Assembly: GCA_051362555.1 (NCBI GenBank)
Contig: CM120640.1
Coordinates: 22,926,225 to 22,990,224 of the forward strand
DNA: 64,000 nt
Source of the DNA: Lingula anatina
Taxonomy: Eukaryota > Animalia > Brachiopoda
Direction of reading: 5' to 3'
This document shows, piece after piece, positions 13,701 to 28,200 of the stretch (position 1 is the stretch's first letter; the number at the start of each line of letters is the position of its first letter). The notes under the pieces were generated by a model. That model saw only the letters and a program-made list of their open reading frames with translations, made no database searches and was not told where the DNA came from. The translations under genes were made by a program, and so were the position numbers.

Positions 13701-16700
13701 AACAGTCTAATTGGCTTCTTTTTCTGGAAGTTATACATTTTCAAAGTGCGAACTTGAACTCCCATGGGCCTGAAGCCTTATGCTTGTTACACATTTTACT
13801 TACATTGGTATTACCTGTTGAGCATAATTAAAATTTGATGTTGAATTTGCAGTTTAACATGTACTTTTGCATCAGAATTGACAGTAGCCTATTTTGTGCA
13901 TAGTTATTTCCTGCTTTTTGTCTGTACATTTGACAGCTTTGCTGCCTTGTTTTAATTTTATTTATTAATTTTGAAAAGTTAGTAATGCCTTTCGGCAGTC
14001 TTTCCTTATTCAGCTATTCTCATCTTTATATAGTAACACATGTACATTATAATAAGCCAAAATTCTCCCTTGGACACGCATCAGGAAGTCGTGCAGAATA
14101 GAAATAACAAGTTATAGCTGCTAGCCAAGGAGACTTTTCTGGAATAGTCGGTATTGATTTGTATAGAGCCTGGATGCATTACAGCATAAACAACAGGTAA
14201 TTTCTTTCTCACATGCATTGAGATTCCCCTTAGAAACAATCAGTGTCCTCATAGGACTTTTTTATCACCGTTCCTTCATCATCTCTTTACAGCATCACGT
14301 GTATTGTCTATCATGGCTTGTTTGTCAGGTTATGATTACCTTTGTCAGCAAAAGTTGAGGTTTCCATCAGCATCGGTTTATCTGTGTCTGTTTGATTTGA
14401 TCAGCTTGTTGGTGTACAAGATATCTCCAAAAGTTCCTTACAAGTTTTTATGACATTTTCAGGATAGGTAGTTATTCAGGAGGAAGAGAGGTAATCAGCA
14501 CTTCTTCAGTTGAATTCGGGTCTCCTGATATCTGCAGAATACTCTCTACCAACACTAATTGTAAGGATTAATGCAGTTCTTTACAATCAGTGATTACATT
14601 GATCAAGTCCATATCTCATCAATGCTTTTGATTAATTTTTAATAAGAAATAATATCAGTATTATAATGTGAAAATGGGGACATTTTACAATCCACATTTT
14701 ACATCATAGTCACCTTAGTTTGACCAGCAGAATAATTTGTAATAATAATGAAAGAAATATTTTTTAAAACAAACCAAGTGTAGACACACAAGCATGTGCA
14801 TAGAAAAAGTGCACATGATTTTGTTTCGTCTATTTGTTTAAATGTATGATATAAATCTTTGTCACAGCAGGTGGTTAAATGGTTTCTTTATAAACTGGGT
14901 GAGAAAGCTTTTGAAACCTTGTTTTATTTGGTATCAAATATCAGGTGTGTATGTCGTAAATAAAGTTCCACAAGGCTTATATCCTTTGACACTTTGTCAT
15001 GGAAGTTTGTACTACATGAAACATGAGTGACGTAAATTAAGCTTGTAAGTAGAAGTTTTTGGTTTATTTGATTAAGTAGATTGATTTGGAAAATCGGAAC
15101 TGACTCATTCTCTTCTTGTAATATTGTATAATCAATTGGTCTACACAAATATTTTCTTCTTTATAACTTTTGTGAGGATAACGTGAATGATTGTTTATTG
15201 ATAAAGAGATATAAAATGCTGATGCTTAATTGCTGCCTACGTCAGAGGTAGTTCGATATAATAACATGCTTACTGTGCCTTATTGTGTAAGGCTTTCACT
15301 GGAGCATTCAAATTTAAATAGGAGAGGGTACAATAGCTCTGCAGATTGTAAAAGGCCAAAGTTGGTCATATGTAAAGCAAAACAAAGCTTTCAAATCCTG
15401 GCGCATGTGCAAGAGGGCCCCCAAGGTGTGCAAAAGTGTCAACCTGGCAGCCGCCAACTTAGCAATATCCTACTGGTTACTACGTATGGCAGTCTTCAAA
15501 CAGAAGTTCTATTTGTTTGCATCTAGTGTGGTCCAGTTGCAAAAGTTCCCGATATAATCCTCTTATGTTGTTATCCAAGTTGGACGCTGAAGGACGTTAA
15601 TTGGATGAAGAGAGCTGTAGGCCGTCATAGGTGAGCTGTGTCCCAAAGCATCTTTCCAGTATCATTTAACAATTCATTAAGAGAGAGTCTGAGGGCAGGT
15701 TTATTGAGTTTAATACTTCACAGGAGAATTTGAATGAAGATTGAATTCTGCTTTGCCTGCCTTGAGTGGCTCTGATATAGTCTTATGTTGTCATCCTCGC
15801 CAAGTCTTTCACTAATCACATTGCCAGAGTAATGGATATTCATTCCTGTCTTTGAATTATACATAGAAAGATCCACTTTTATAAGCAAAGTGCAGCAAAG
15901 AGTGCGTGGACACTCTTCCACCACTGTTATGATTATTGATTGGTATATAAAGTTTGTATAAAGCTCATTTCTTCTGTCTAATCAATAGCCCTGTTGGAAA
16001 CCTTTTTTACTGTGTATGAAAAGTTAAATGACTTTAGCTCCAGTATTTCACTGTCAAGGTGTCTGCAGTGTCCTGAATGGAAGAGTAGAGTGTGGCTCTA
16101 TTATATTGGCGGGATTTCCTGGTTGGGCCCCAGCTGGGTATCACTGGTAAAACAGCCAACTCAGAGTGTGAGTAGGGACTGATAAGGGATGTTGTACAAA
16201 TGAAAGGGTCCACAGCCAAGGCCAGTTAATGAGGATGAAGTTAACTGGAAATGACAATTGGTAGCCATTATGGTTCAATACTGACAAGAGATTTCTTTGC
16301 CAACCAAGGAAGAGGCTTCTGGTGTCTGAAACATTGTTGCGTTGCACACCAAATGTCAAGTGAGTCTTAACATTTCAGGGGTACTTAGTTTATGTTCCCA
16401 TGCTTAGATCCTCACAGAAGGGCAACTTATTTTGACTTCTGGTAATAGTTAAGAAACAAGTAATGCCTTTGATTTACTGGTAGGGAAGGGGTATTTATCA
16501 TATAGAACTGTAGGAACATCTGGTGATTGATAAATCACAGGTAACATGAAGGATATGCGAGTGGGCTACTAAAAACATAGTGCATGCTCTGTAAAACTTG
16601 AGCAAACACAAGCAAATATAGATTGAATGCCATCATGGTAGAGGACATATTGTTAAGTAAATAGAGCTTTACTTCTGAACTTCTAGGTGGTGCACATGCT

Positions 16701-19700
16701 GCTATTCTAGTGTGTCAGTACTTATAAGAAAATGTCTAGGGTGTAATATTAAATCAGGGTCTTAAATTATATTATAAAGAAATCACAGCATGTAAACTTA
16801 GGTTTTTCCCCCGACTTTTAGGTAGACCTATCTATCCATATTTTTTTCCAAATTTGGTGTTAAACCTCCTCGTGTATGGGAAATAAACATGTAGCAAACC
16901 ATTGCCAAGTTGTCTGCATACTTCACAGCCTAATGGGGAATTTGATGTAGTCACCCAGTCGGATGAAATGCAAATACCGCAATCAGGATTTTATTGTAGG
17001 CTAAATAATTAATTAGGTAGGTCGTCTTAAGTGTGAAGTGAACTAGCACTGCAAAGTAGAGGAGAAAAAGTGATTGTAAACGAAGAAATGAAAAAATGCC
17101 CTCTCAGTAAGTGAATCGCATATATATGTCACCATTTAAGCCTTAGCACTCTGATAACTTCTTTTGGTGTCATTCCAAATGGGATTTAAGAGAAGGCAGT
17201 CACCATAGTAAAGGCATAGATGAGGTTTTGTTAGATAGGTACTCAGGAAGTCTGGACTCCTGCACTGGCTGCATTGATTTTTCACACAATTCTGTAATCT
17301 GAGTGTGTTACTTCATAGCAGTATGGACATGGAGATGTACAAATGTCAATTATTAAGTAGTTAAAACCCACATGAATTTTTCCCCATTTATTTACAAAAC
17401 TAGGAAAAATTAAATGTTTAGATAATTTTAGATTTATACGAAAGACTTATATTTTATTTGAAGAAAAATATTTTCATAGATGTATGATGGGCCCAGGTCT
17501 TAACCAAGTATAAATCATAAAAAAAATGATATTATCCATATATGTAAATGTTTTGTAAGAGGATTTCTCATTATTCAGACTGGGAGAAATCAATTAGCCA
17601 TAGTCTATTGTATACTAGCCAGTGGCTCACCTAAGCACCAGTCCGTGAGAGAGTCCACCTGAGCCCTGGGTCAGTTGAGGCCAAAGCCTTTGAACTTAAC
17701 TTAGAGCGCATTCAGAACAGATGATCCAGGGCCTAACTGATCTGCTAACTCAATATGGCCGACCCCACTTTAAAGCACTACCACTAAATTCCCTGATGGT
17801 CTCCTTGCCTCCACACATGCCTTTAAAAGGATAAAATCTCGACACCAAGGTTTAATTGCAAGGCCCCTGCAATGACAGCTTTTGGAGGCAGGGAGACCAT
17901 CAGGGGATTAGTCAATGCTGTTTTTAAGCGAGTCGGCCATATTTAGTCTGCAGGTCATATTGTTCTGAATGCCCTCTTAGACTGTTAAAATTGGATAACT
18001 GATTAGGTAGTGTAGAGTTAGCAGTATTGGTCTAAGAACATTTTCTGAACAGATGGCCCACAAGAAATATAGTTGATATAGGCTGTAACTGTCACCTTTG
18101 AGAATTGGCTAGGCATTAAGACAATAACAGCAAAGTCTAGGGGCTTAGCTTAAAAGAATAAAGAGGTTATAGTGATCATTTAGATTTTATGAATCATAAC
18201 TAAGCTGGCTAGTAATCTAAGTGGTCTTTACTGTGACCAACTTATTTTCTGAAACAGACCTCTGTTACAGCAGAGAATCATTTTCCTTTTTGTTGTCTAG
18301 TGATTCCGTTCAGGCAGACTATGTCTACAAATCTTAAACTCTGTAGATGATATAAGGTCTTTCATCTTACTGACATCAATTGCAAAGGATTCAGAGGATT
18401 AAGAATACCTACAAATTTCTTTCAGTGTGTTTGCATTTCTCATCAAATAGCTCAGTACAACGTTGAATGCTGTTTTTCAGATATAATGTCTTTTTGTAAA
18501 AAGATGTTGATTGTTATTTTTAAGTCTAGGACATGATAAGAATATGAAATGAAAGTATGTGTACAATGGCTATAAAACAGGACATTGACCTGTTGGTAAT
18601 TGTCATCATTTGTGAATAAGGCAGAAAACTTTGGCATAACTCAAATTGAATTTTGTAGGAAATCGAGGAAACCCAACAATGTTATCTGTGGACTTGTGTG
18701 CCGACAGAGAAAACTTAAAATGCCGAATATCAGGCTTCTCCTCAAGCTTGTTCCTGACTGTCATTCTGTAAAAAGTCATACACAGGATGTGTAGGGATAT
18801 CGTCAATGCAGGCCAATCTCGACATGAACTGCTGTAAGATTGGGATTTATTAGATGTGCTTGCACTGAAAGATATCCAACATTAACAAATCTTCCATGAA
18901 TTACTGCTCTGTGCTTTTATGTCAGTACAGAAGTTGAGACAGTTCATCCACTCCACTAATAGCCTTGGCCTACCATTGCCCATGCCTTGGGGCTTTTCCC
19001 ACCAGTTTTTAACCAGAAGTATGATTGAGACGTTGACGCGGCATGTACATATGGGTTACATCTCCGTAGATTCTCATTGACTTGTGCAATTTGCTTGAAC
19101 CTAAAATGTGGTCAGGAGATTGTCTGCCAGGTCGGCGTTATGATATGTAATGCAGATCATCAGAACTGATTGGACTTCATTGGAGATGAGTCATATGGAA
19201 GGACAAGGCTTTTGGACTTGAAGACATCACAACAACCAGAAGACCAGGTGTTTTTTTATTTTTTTGCAAAACAATTTTTTATTATTTGTGTCATTTTTGA
19301 AAAGACTGCTGGTAAGAGACACACCAGGGAATATGATATGGTACTCATATCATTTAAATGTTGTTGTTTTTTTTTTTTTTTCATACTTCAACTGACTTCA
19401 GCTAATGAAAGACAATTTGGAAATTGATCTGTATTTCCCAAATTGATTATTCCTGGATATTCTTATTCTTCCATTGATTATTGCAGTAAAAGTGATGCAG
19501 GGAAATTGAAAGACTATCCCAGGGTAGACAGGTTATTTCCCATTCTTCAATTGACTACATCAAAAAGGGACACATCAGAAATTGCTGCTTTTCATAAGAT
19601 AGAGCCTGGTTATTGATTAGATCATCTGTTAAAAAAGTGCTGCTTGTCATTTTTTTCTATCAGGCATGGCAAAAAAACTATGTGGTCACTTTTACTTGGA

Positions 19701-20117
19701 CATTAACTACTTCAAGGATAACTAGGATAAAATGTTGCCTCGTGCTGTAGCAACAGATTCTTCAGAAAAACAGAACTCTGATTCTCTGGCTTGATAGATC
19801 TTCAAAAATGCTAAAGAGGTCAATAAGTGTGGAAAAGCCAGTTCAAAAGGACACTTCCCTTGGAGATGATCTTTTTAAGCGCCGCTTACGAAAAACGCAC
19901 TCCTGTGGTACGCCACTGGAGATTAAAGCGGCAGAGAAAGAGGAAGAAGAAGGCTCTGGAGGTCTTACGCCAAGCAAGTTACATCTTTCCTACAGCTTTG
20001 CCTCGTTGTCTCAACTTAGGGTAAGTGTTTTTTTCATAAAGTATAGTACTTGATTAGATGAAAAAAAGTCTTTCAAACATTGATGCCACAGAAAGGTAAG
20101 TATTAACTTTCAAAAAG

Positions 20118-20165
<48 letters not shown>

Positions 20166-23100
20166 ATTCATGTGCTGTGGATATGTCCATAAAAAAAAAC
20201 GATGATATATTTTCTTCTTCCAGAATAAAATAAACACAATGAAAAAGTATCCATAACAATGTATTTTAAAGGCCAAAACTGGAAAATGAAAAAAAAATGC
20301 TATCTCTTCATTTGTCACAAAAGAATGAGTTTGCAGTCTGTTGATAATGAAAAATATATGCTACAGCTAGCTAGTTGCCTGACAGTCATGTCATGTTGTA
20401 TTAGCTACATTCAATACAAGAGTTGATGGCCTTGATGCTGACAGGCAACAATGATAATCATCATGATGAAAAATCAAAACAACAAAATACCAGGGTTTGG
20501 GGGGAAAAAAGTGCATTCCCACCTTGCTGAATGATTGTCTTTCCTCAGAATAATTGTTTTATTGTCATTTGACTACTTTTCTGAAAAAAAAATTGCTATA
20601 TTAATTTTTTTAGATCATGTAATGTAATTCTTTTGAACTGTGGTACCAGATACTAAAACATTGAAAAAGACTGATGTTGTGAGGTAGACTATAACACTAC
20701 ATTATTTACCGTATGTATGGGTTAAGAGAGGAAGTGGTCAGTTATGATCAGAAGAATGAGACAGAGAAATGAATTGATCATAGTTATATTATTGCGTACA
20801 TATAAAAAATACAGTGAAAGAAACCTTAACAAAGCTCATGCAAAATAATACAGATATGATATTGTCATTGTGCTTTAGTCACTGTGCTTTAGTCAACCTT
20901 ATTCCTAACAGATCAGTGTTTCATATCTGCAATATGATACCAAGTATTACCTTTCTGCAACTGCATATCTGTGAAACGATAATCAGTGAATGGTTAATTA
21001 TAGCACAGTGCTAGTAAGTTGTTTTGTTGACAATGCCGTTGTAAGCCAAAACACAATGCCCCTTTAAATCCAGCTAGGTCATCCACGGACCTTGACACAT
21101 CCGGTACAAAAACATCTTTATAATCCCTATTGGTGTATCTGTGGTGCAGTGTGACCTTTTTTATGAAATCTTTGGTTCATTTGAGTGTATGAAAAAGTTG
21201 ATGTTGATTTATCTCCATTGTCTACTGTCTTTGTGTCAGGTTGCTTCAGCATGAGATGTTGAATAACTATATCTGATATGGTATGACCAAAAATGACTTA
21301 TTTTTCTTTGCAGAAGGAGCTCAGTTTGTCCAAAACTAGTCTGTGTAGGAGGGGGAGGTAAGAAGAAGACATTTTAGAACTCCCAGCAACGAATTGTAGA
21401 ACTGATGATTAACTTTTGAAAATTGGTTCAGAGAGACAATACCATGTTTGCAGCTCTTTATTAAATCAGTTGCGAGGAACTCAATAATTTTATTATTTGC
21501 ATTTATCATATAATTCAATTCATGTGACAATTTGTGAAAGATACTCAACATAGCCATGCATAATTGATTAAACTTTGTATGTTGATGATATTGCATATTC
21601 TTTTCGATTTTTTTACACATTGCACATTAACTTGTAGTCCATTAACATATTGGACTGAATATTACCTGCGTATTCAACAAGAAAAGTGCTTCTACGTTGC
21701 ATTTCTAGATCGGAGAGAGATTTTAAGCATGAATGCCTCTATGTTTTTCAGTCGGAGTCAATCTCGGAAATCCATTATTGCCAATACCTCCCCTACACTG
21801 CCCTTGAGGTGCCATTCTCCACAAAATGTTGGTAAGTAAAACTTGAAAATGGTGTACATCTCAGAAATGCTTTTGAGCGTTGAGGTATGTGGGTCCAGTA
21901 ATGGAAGGATGCTAATGTGGTCTCACATTCAGAGTTACTTGCTGGAATGATACCATATGTAGGGGAATTTTTACACAGATTTATATTTTGAGTTTTATTT
22001 CAGAGGTGTTAGTTGGATTTGATAAAAAGCAGTGTGGCTTATTATCACTTTCGTCTTGTAAATTTGGAGCTGAAAACCTCGGTAACTTTATTCCTTCTTT
22101 TATATAGTAGCTATCTTCTCTACTTATTATGTAACTCGTGAGTAGTGTGGTTTTGTGGTTTTCAGGAGAAAAAATTGAACCATTTTGTGCTTTTTACTTG
22201 CGGTCTTGTTGCCAGTGTGATGTATGGCTTACCTGAAGGAAGATTCTTATGAAAGCCTTTTTTTCTTTATCATTTTATGGATGTTTAACAGATGTCTCTT
22301 TTGACTTCTGTTTTGTACCAAAATGCACACGGCTTGTATGCTGTCACTTGACAACAAGTTACCAGAAACCTAAATCTATCTCACGAGTGTTGTATTTATA
22401 TAATTTCAGCATGATTGTGCATCCTTGTAATCTGCAGTGTAAAATCAATCTAATCCAGCCTTTGCCACAAACATTTGGATAGAAAGCTCTACCTAATCCG
22501 AAGTTTCAAAAATCTGGCTTAACTCACACGTCATCATGCTGCAGCCATTGTTTTGACTGCACTAGTATTTAAGTTGGATTTGCATTCAGAACATGCTTGA
22601 CAGTCAACATGACGAGGCCAGAATGATGGATGTTGTATCAGTTTCCTACCTGGGTTTTCTTTTATTGGATCATTATACTGAACGAGTTGAGGTTTACAAG
22701 GAGTTCTAGTTTATGTGGTCTCTCCCCACGCTCAGTGAACATAGAGAGAACTATTTATCAGCTGAGGAGTGAGTATGAACTAGGTGGAGATTAAGCAGTA
22801 TGCTGCAAGGTGTGCAACTAATAATTGGAGGACACTCGAGACAAGTTATGTTAAGAGACGAGACTCCTTTTTATAGTTCTTTCTTTGGAAGAAAAGATTG
22901 GAAGCCAATAACAAGCAGGAGAAGGAGAAAGGTTTTTCTGTTACGCACCCCTACAAAAGGTAAATGACACGTGGGTAATTCACATGTCCAAAGGCAGATC
23001 CAGGGGGTGAGGTGTAAGGGCGGCACAGTGGGTCAGGTGCCACCCCTCTTAGCTTTTAAGGTACCTCTTCTCCTTATCTCTCTCTCTTGAAAATGTATAA

Positions 23101-25162
23101 CAAGGGGAGTGAGACTTAGGAATTTTTCTGTCCCTGTGGTCAATTTATTGTCTTCATCTACTTTTTTTTATTTACATTGCTTCACACAAAAAAAAATGTT
23201 TTAGCCTTGTGTCTGCCATTAGCAAAATCCTTGACCCGCCAGTGAGGTCTGCGTGTAGTTAAAATATCTTGGGGTATTTGTCAGGTCTCGTTGTAGTTTA
23301 CTGATCTTAGTTTAGCACACAGGTGTTTGTGTGGTTAAAGGATTCTCTGTGTAGTTTGCAGGTCTCTGTATTGTTTGTCAGTCTCCCTGCAGGAAGTTAG
23401 ATAACCGTGCATATGGTGCCGTGACAGTGTTGCCCTTGCTGCAGGTGATTAGTGAGGAAGGAGATAGGTGTATGAATGATGGCCTGGCAGTGTCTTTTAT
23501 CTGGTGGGACTTAATGGGTTTGTTGTGTGATGGCATTGTGTGATTGTGCTGTGTTATGAGGAAATGTATTGACGGATGTTGTCCTATGGAAGATTTGGTT
23601 AGTTTGAGTTTGGAATTGCTGTAACTTTGGTTCATATTTGTATGTGCAGAGAGAGGAGATGTTCACTATCACTTTTTAATTTGAAGAACAACTTTTTAAT
23701 TTGAAGAATGTTGAGGGACACAAATTTGGCATACTAAGAAGAATATTAATTACATGAATGCCAATGGTGAATTAATGTCTAAGCAACTAATTTTTCCTTT
23801 TTCAGTATAATTTTAGTATCTATAAAAATGCCACCTAATGGTTTTTGCACATGCCATGTTTAATTGCATAGAGATGTGCGAGTAATATGATTTTATAATG
23901 TGAGATTTCACTATATTCAGAATCCGATAAAACCTCATGCCTGCATCCATTAGTACTGTTAAGAGCCTTTGAAGTTACATGACTTTAATGCAAGAGACGT
24001 GTAAAAACTTTGACAACACAAGGAAGGAAGGAAGCACATTATTTCTTATTTTCACCCCCCATTAAAGAAGGAATTGATATATGACTTAACATATATCTTT
24101 TTTTTTTCTTTCAAACAGGAAGTCCACTTGATAGTCCACGCACAATGTCTCCTAGTCAACATGGACACTTTCCATTTGGCCCTGGGAAGAGGTGAGCTGT
24201 AACACATTAAAATTGAATTCACACAAATGCTGTTTTAGACAGAAAGTAGCCCAAAACCCTTTTATTATTTTGTTTCCTGAGACAAAGTAATGTATTTTTA
24301 ATTAGTATTATGGTTGTCTTTTGAAACACTTTAGGCCATCTGGATATATTTTAGCCCAACCAAATCAAAGAGTGCATCATAGGATTAATTTTGATAATTG
24401 GAATGATATAAACCTTCAGGATTTTTTTAACAACATCTTATGATTATCTTTTTTTTTTTTTAATGGTGATTTATAGATGGTTGATTTGCAAGTCTTTTTC
24501 TTGTGTAAAAATTTACTAGCTTAGTCTAGCTTTGAACTGAAAGGGCATGTTCATGCAGTGTTTTCTGTCAAAATCTTTGCCAAGCATACATGCATATATT
24601 GACCCAGAGGAAGCTTTCACAAAAGTCAGCTGTGGGCATACTGGCACAGATATGTTAACGTGTCCATTGTCATTATCAGTGAAAAACCATGAAAATTTGA
24701 AACCATTTTCCACTTCAAATCATTGATTCTAGACATTGATTTTTCCAAAGGCTACCTGCAGGTCATGATGAGTGTGGAAGGTGAAACAAATACCCTTCTC
24801 CCTAGATTCAGATATTTTAATGGGGTTATATAGATAAAGTTAAGATAATTCAGTAACAATTTCATAATTCACTGCTAAGTCACTTCATTGGTTATTACCT
24901 CTATTTTATTTAGTCGTGAAGGTGGGCGTCGATGGTCGTTTGCCAGCTTACCTTCCTCTGGCTACGGCACAAACACACCTGGGAGCTCCAATGTGTCTGT
25001 GAGTATTAAATCAGCTCAAAAATGCCAACCCTGAGAAACAACTCTTGAGTCATATGTTCACTATTTTTTTAAAAAGCAATCTTTACAGTTTTTACCTTTG
25101 CATTAACTTTTTAAAAAATAGTGGTTGTTTGAATGAGTAGCATCATTGTATTTTTGTTTATA

Positions 25163-25205
<43 letters not shown>

Positions 25206-28200
25206 TAAGTGAAGTAACCTTCAAATGATCAATATATATCAAATTAGGTAAAGTGTTGTAATTGCGTCTCCTTAATGCCATCCATGTTAGAAGTCATCCA
25301 CAATATTTTATTGATCTGTATTATCCACAATCAGAAGTAACAGTGTATTCTGCATCATATAGGTATTTACACAGCTATATAAACAAATGTCTCAGGTTGT
25401 CTGTAACATTGAATCCACGAATACTGTTGTGATTTCATAAATTGGATTTGAAAAGTACAGTGTAGAGATAAAGCTACAGCATGAAGCAGCTCTTGAGATT
25501 ATGGAAAACAGGCATGAAAAGTTAAGATAGATAAATACATTTTAAAATGCTAAAGATCAAGAATTTGAGTATTTGATGAAAAAAAATTAGGCTCTCTGAG
25601 TCATTAGTATGGTCTGTATTTTCTCTGGCATTTGGTGACACCCCATTACCAAGTCACAAAGACATACATCATACTTAAAATTGCATTTAATGTAATTCAG
25701 TTCCATAAAAATGCTATTTTCAGGTTGATGTGCTTTTTGACATAGAAACAAAACTTTAATTTTAGAGCTCCCTTTCCTATAGCCAAGTTCAGCCGACTTG
25801 GTTATGATTTAGAAATCAAATTTAAAAAAATCCTTTGCTTATTTATTTATTCTTAGCATAAAATCTTGATTTGAGCAAAACTTGTTTTCCTAGCACAGAC
25901 AAAAGATGCTACTGTTTACTCCAAATACAAGTTTTTTTTTTAATTCATATAGGTGACGCTCAAAATGAAACAATTTTCAGAATACAGGTAATTTTATTAA
26001 GTGTTAGGATTTACATTAAAAAAAAACTGCAATATTTTTGCTAACGAATTCACTAGTTTTCATTTATTTATAAGTCACAGTGTTCCTCCCAAGAGAAATT
26101 GCATCAGTTGCCATATCAGCCCACTGACAGAGAACTCCAGATGCTCACCAAACATTTTGACAGCAGTGAAAACATTGCAGAGGCAGAAGATGATGGCAGA
26201 CTATCACCTGTAATAAGGCCTAGGTCACGCAGCCTAAGGTAGGGAAATTAAAAACTTTATTTACATTTAACTTCAGTGTCAAGATGAAAATTTTGAAACT
26301 TAATCTTTTTTTTTTTTTTTCGCATGTTTTAGGCAATTTCTTGACATCGTTTTTCCCCATTACCAATTAGGGACAGTTGTGCCATTATATTAGGATTCTG
26401 TCACGCATAGCGTTAATCTTATTGGAATGATCAATATGAAGTTGATTGGATATTAGATTCAAAGTGTGGTTTAAGAAAATTGATTTTGATTGAAGTCCTG
26501 GATTAAGGAAAGATTTTGATATTTTCACTTTGATCAGACGGAGTATGAGGTAGGAAGCTGCACAGAAGGTTGCATGCCAGTACATACACATGCACTCACT
26601 GTTGACTAAAATCTGTAGTAGTTAATAGTTCTTTCACATCTTAAAACACGTAGGAACGAAATTATATTCAACATGCTAACTTTTTTATATGTTGTTCATA
26701 AATCACTTAACTCCATACAATTTTGTTCAATAATCAAAGCAAATGCACATGCAATTTATTTTTTTTTTGAAATGAAAGTGCTGTAAAATGTTGATTGAGA
26801 TGTCACTGTTTCTTTGCATTTGAAAAGCCTATCTTGGCTGGCATTAGAGTAAGAGCTACGTATGTTCTTTTCAGTGTATAGGAATGTTTTCTATTGCTAT
26901 GAAAATACTTTATAAGCTTCTTCTACTTTTTTCCACTTGTGATGATTGGTTTAGCAATTTTGGCAGTATATATTCTATGCTATCTTGTTCACAATATTTG
27001 TGTTTGTCACTGATCAGCAGTAGTTGCACAGTGTAAAGGCAACATGGTAATTGTCTATAGTTTGACACCATGTACAGTTTGGAGCATTCAGAAATGGAAA
27101 AACTTCTCTATAAAAATAGTTAGGCTTGGACAATTTAGATAAAAGCTATACATTGGTCTGAATTGTATAGCTGTGAGATCTGTTACATTTTTTTATGGCA
27201 AGTAATATTTTTTCACAACTGTGTTGGTTGTATTGTAATTGATGCATGGCAATTTTACAATTATAATTGCAGTCTGTTTGCTTGTATCTTGTTTGAAATT
27301 TTATATAGAAAGAAATTATTTTTGTGTTGCGTTGAAGTATTACTTTGCCAGAAGATAACTTGCACGCCATTTCTCTGAATGTGAAACATAGTAATGTAGA
27401 TACATATGTCACAGCTTTAACATATTCTTCTCTTTCTTACTTCCTAACCGAGTTAAGATCATAATATGATCACATGCCATTGACTTTTCCATCACTAGCC
27501 ATCAGACTAGCATGTACACGATAGCATTCATCTATCACTGTTTGACAGTGTTACTGCTGTGCTGGCATTGTTAAAAAAGGATTTGTTTTCTCCTGTTACA
27601 GTAGTCCTGCCAAGTCTCCCGGGATGGAATCGGACATTATGATGATGAATACTGTCTACAAAGATCGGTTTCCAAATGTAAGCCACTGTGCGCAGAACTG
27701 TGCATTTATCTTGATCATTTCTCTGGAGAAATCACCATTTCCTGCTGATTTGTTTTCACCATTGGGCCAGAATTACTTGAACACAGAAAAGTCCCTAAAG
27801 CTTTGCTCCTTAAAGATGTAAAAATTGTCTCACAGACATGATAAAATTATTTAGAAAAAGAACTGTTGGTGTTAAAATTAATTGAACTTTGTTGGTTTTT
27901 TCACGTTGTATTAAAAATGATGTAAACTGATTTTTTGATATTCAACAGGCAAAGATTGAAATGGAGGAGCGACTGGATCGTTTCATTGAAGACAACAAAG
28001 TACTAGCTTGTAGCGAGGAGTCTGATGGGACAGCAAGGTTTGTTCACCATCAGATCCTGGAACTGGCACGGGACTGTTTAGAAAAATCTCAGGAACAAGT
28101 GATCTCGGTGAACTATTTCATTGAATTATCGGAAAATTTACAGACTCTACTGAATGATGTAAGTAGAAGAAGCACTTGTTTTGTAGTTGGGGGGGGGGGG

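Noticed and set aside
15605-15630. MKRAVGRH plus donor GTGAGC as an alternative MAST start
   Set aside because: Phase 2 would require skipping the KELSL exon; too short to support.
180-19500. Numerous 60-110 aa ORFs in MAST introns
   Set aside because: Apart from the exons listed, they show AT-rich intron-like composition, no recognisable motifs and no compatible splice sites.
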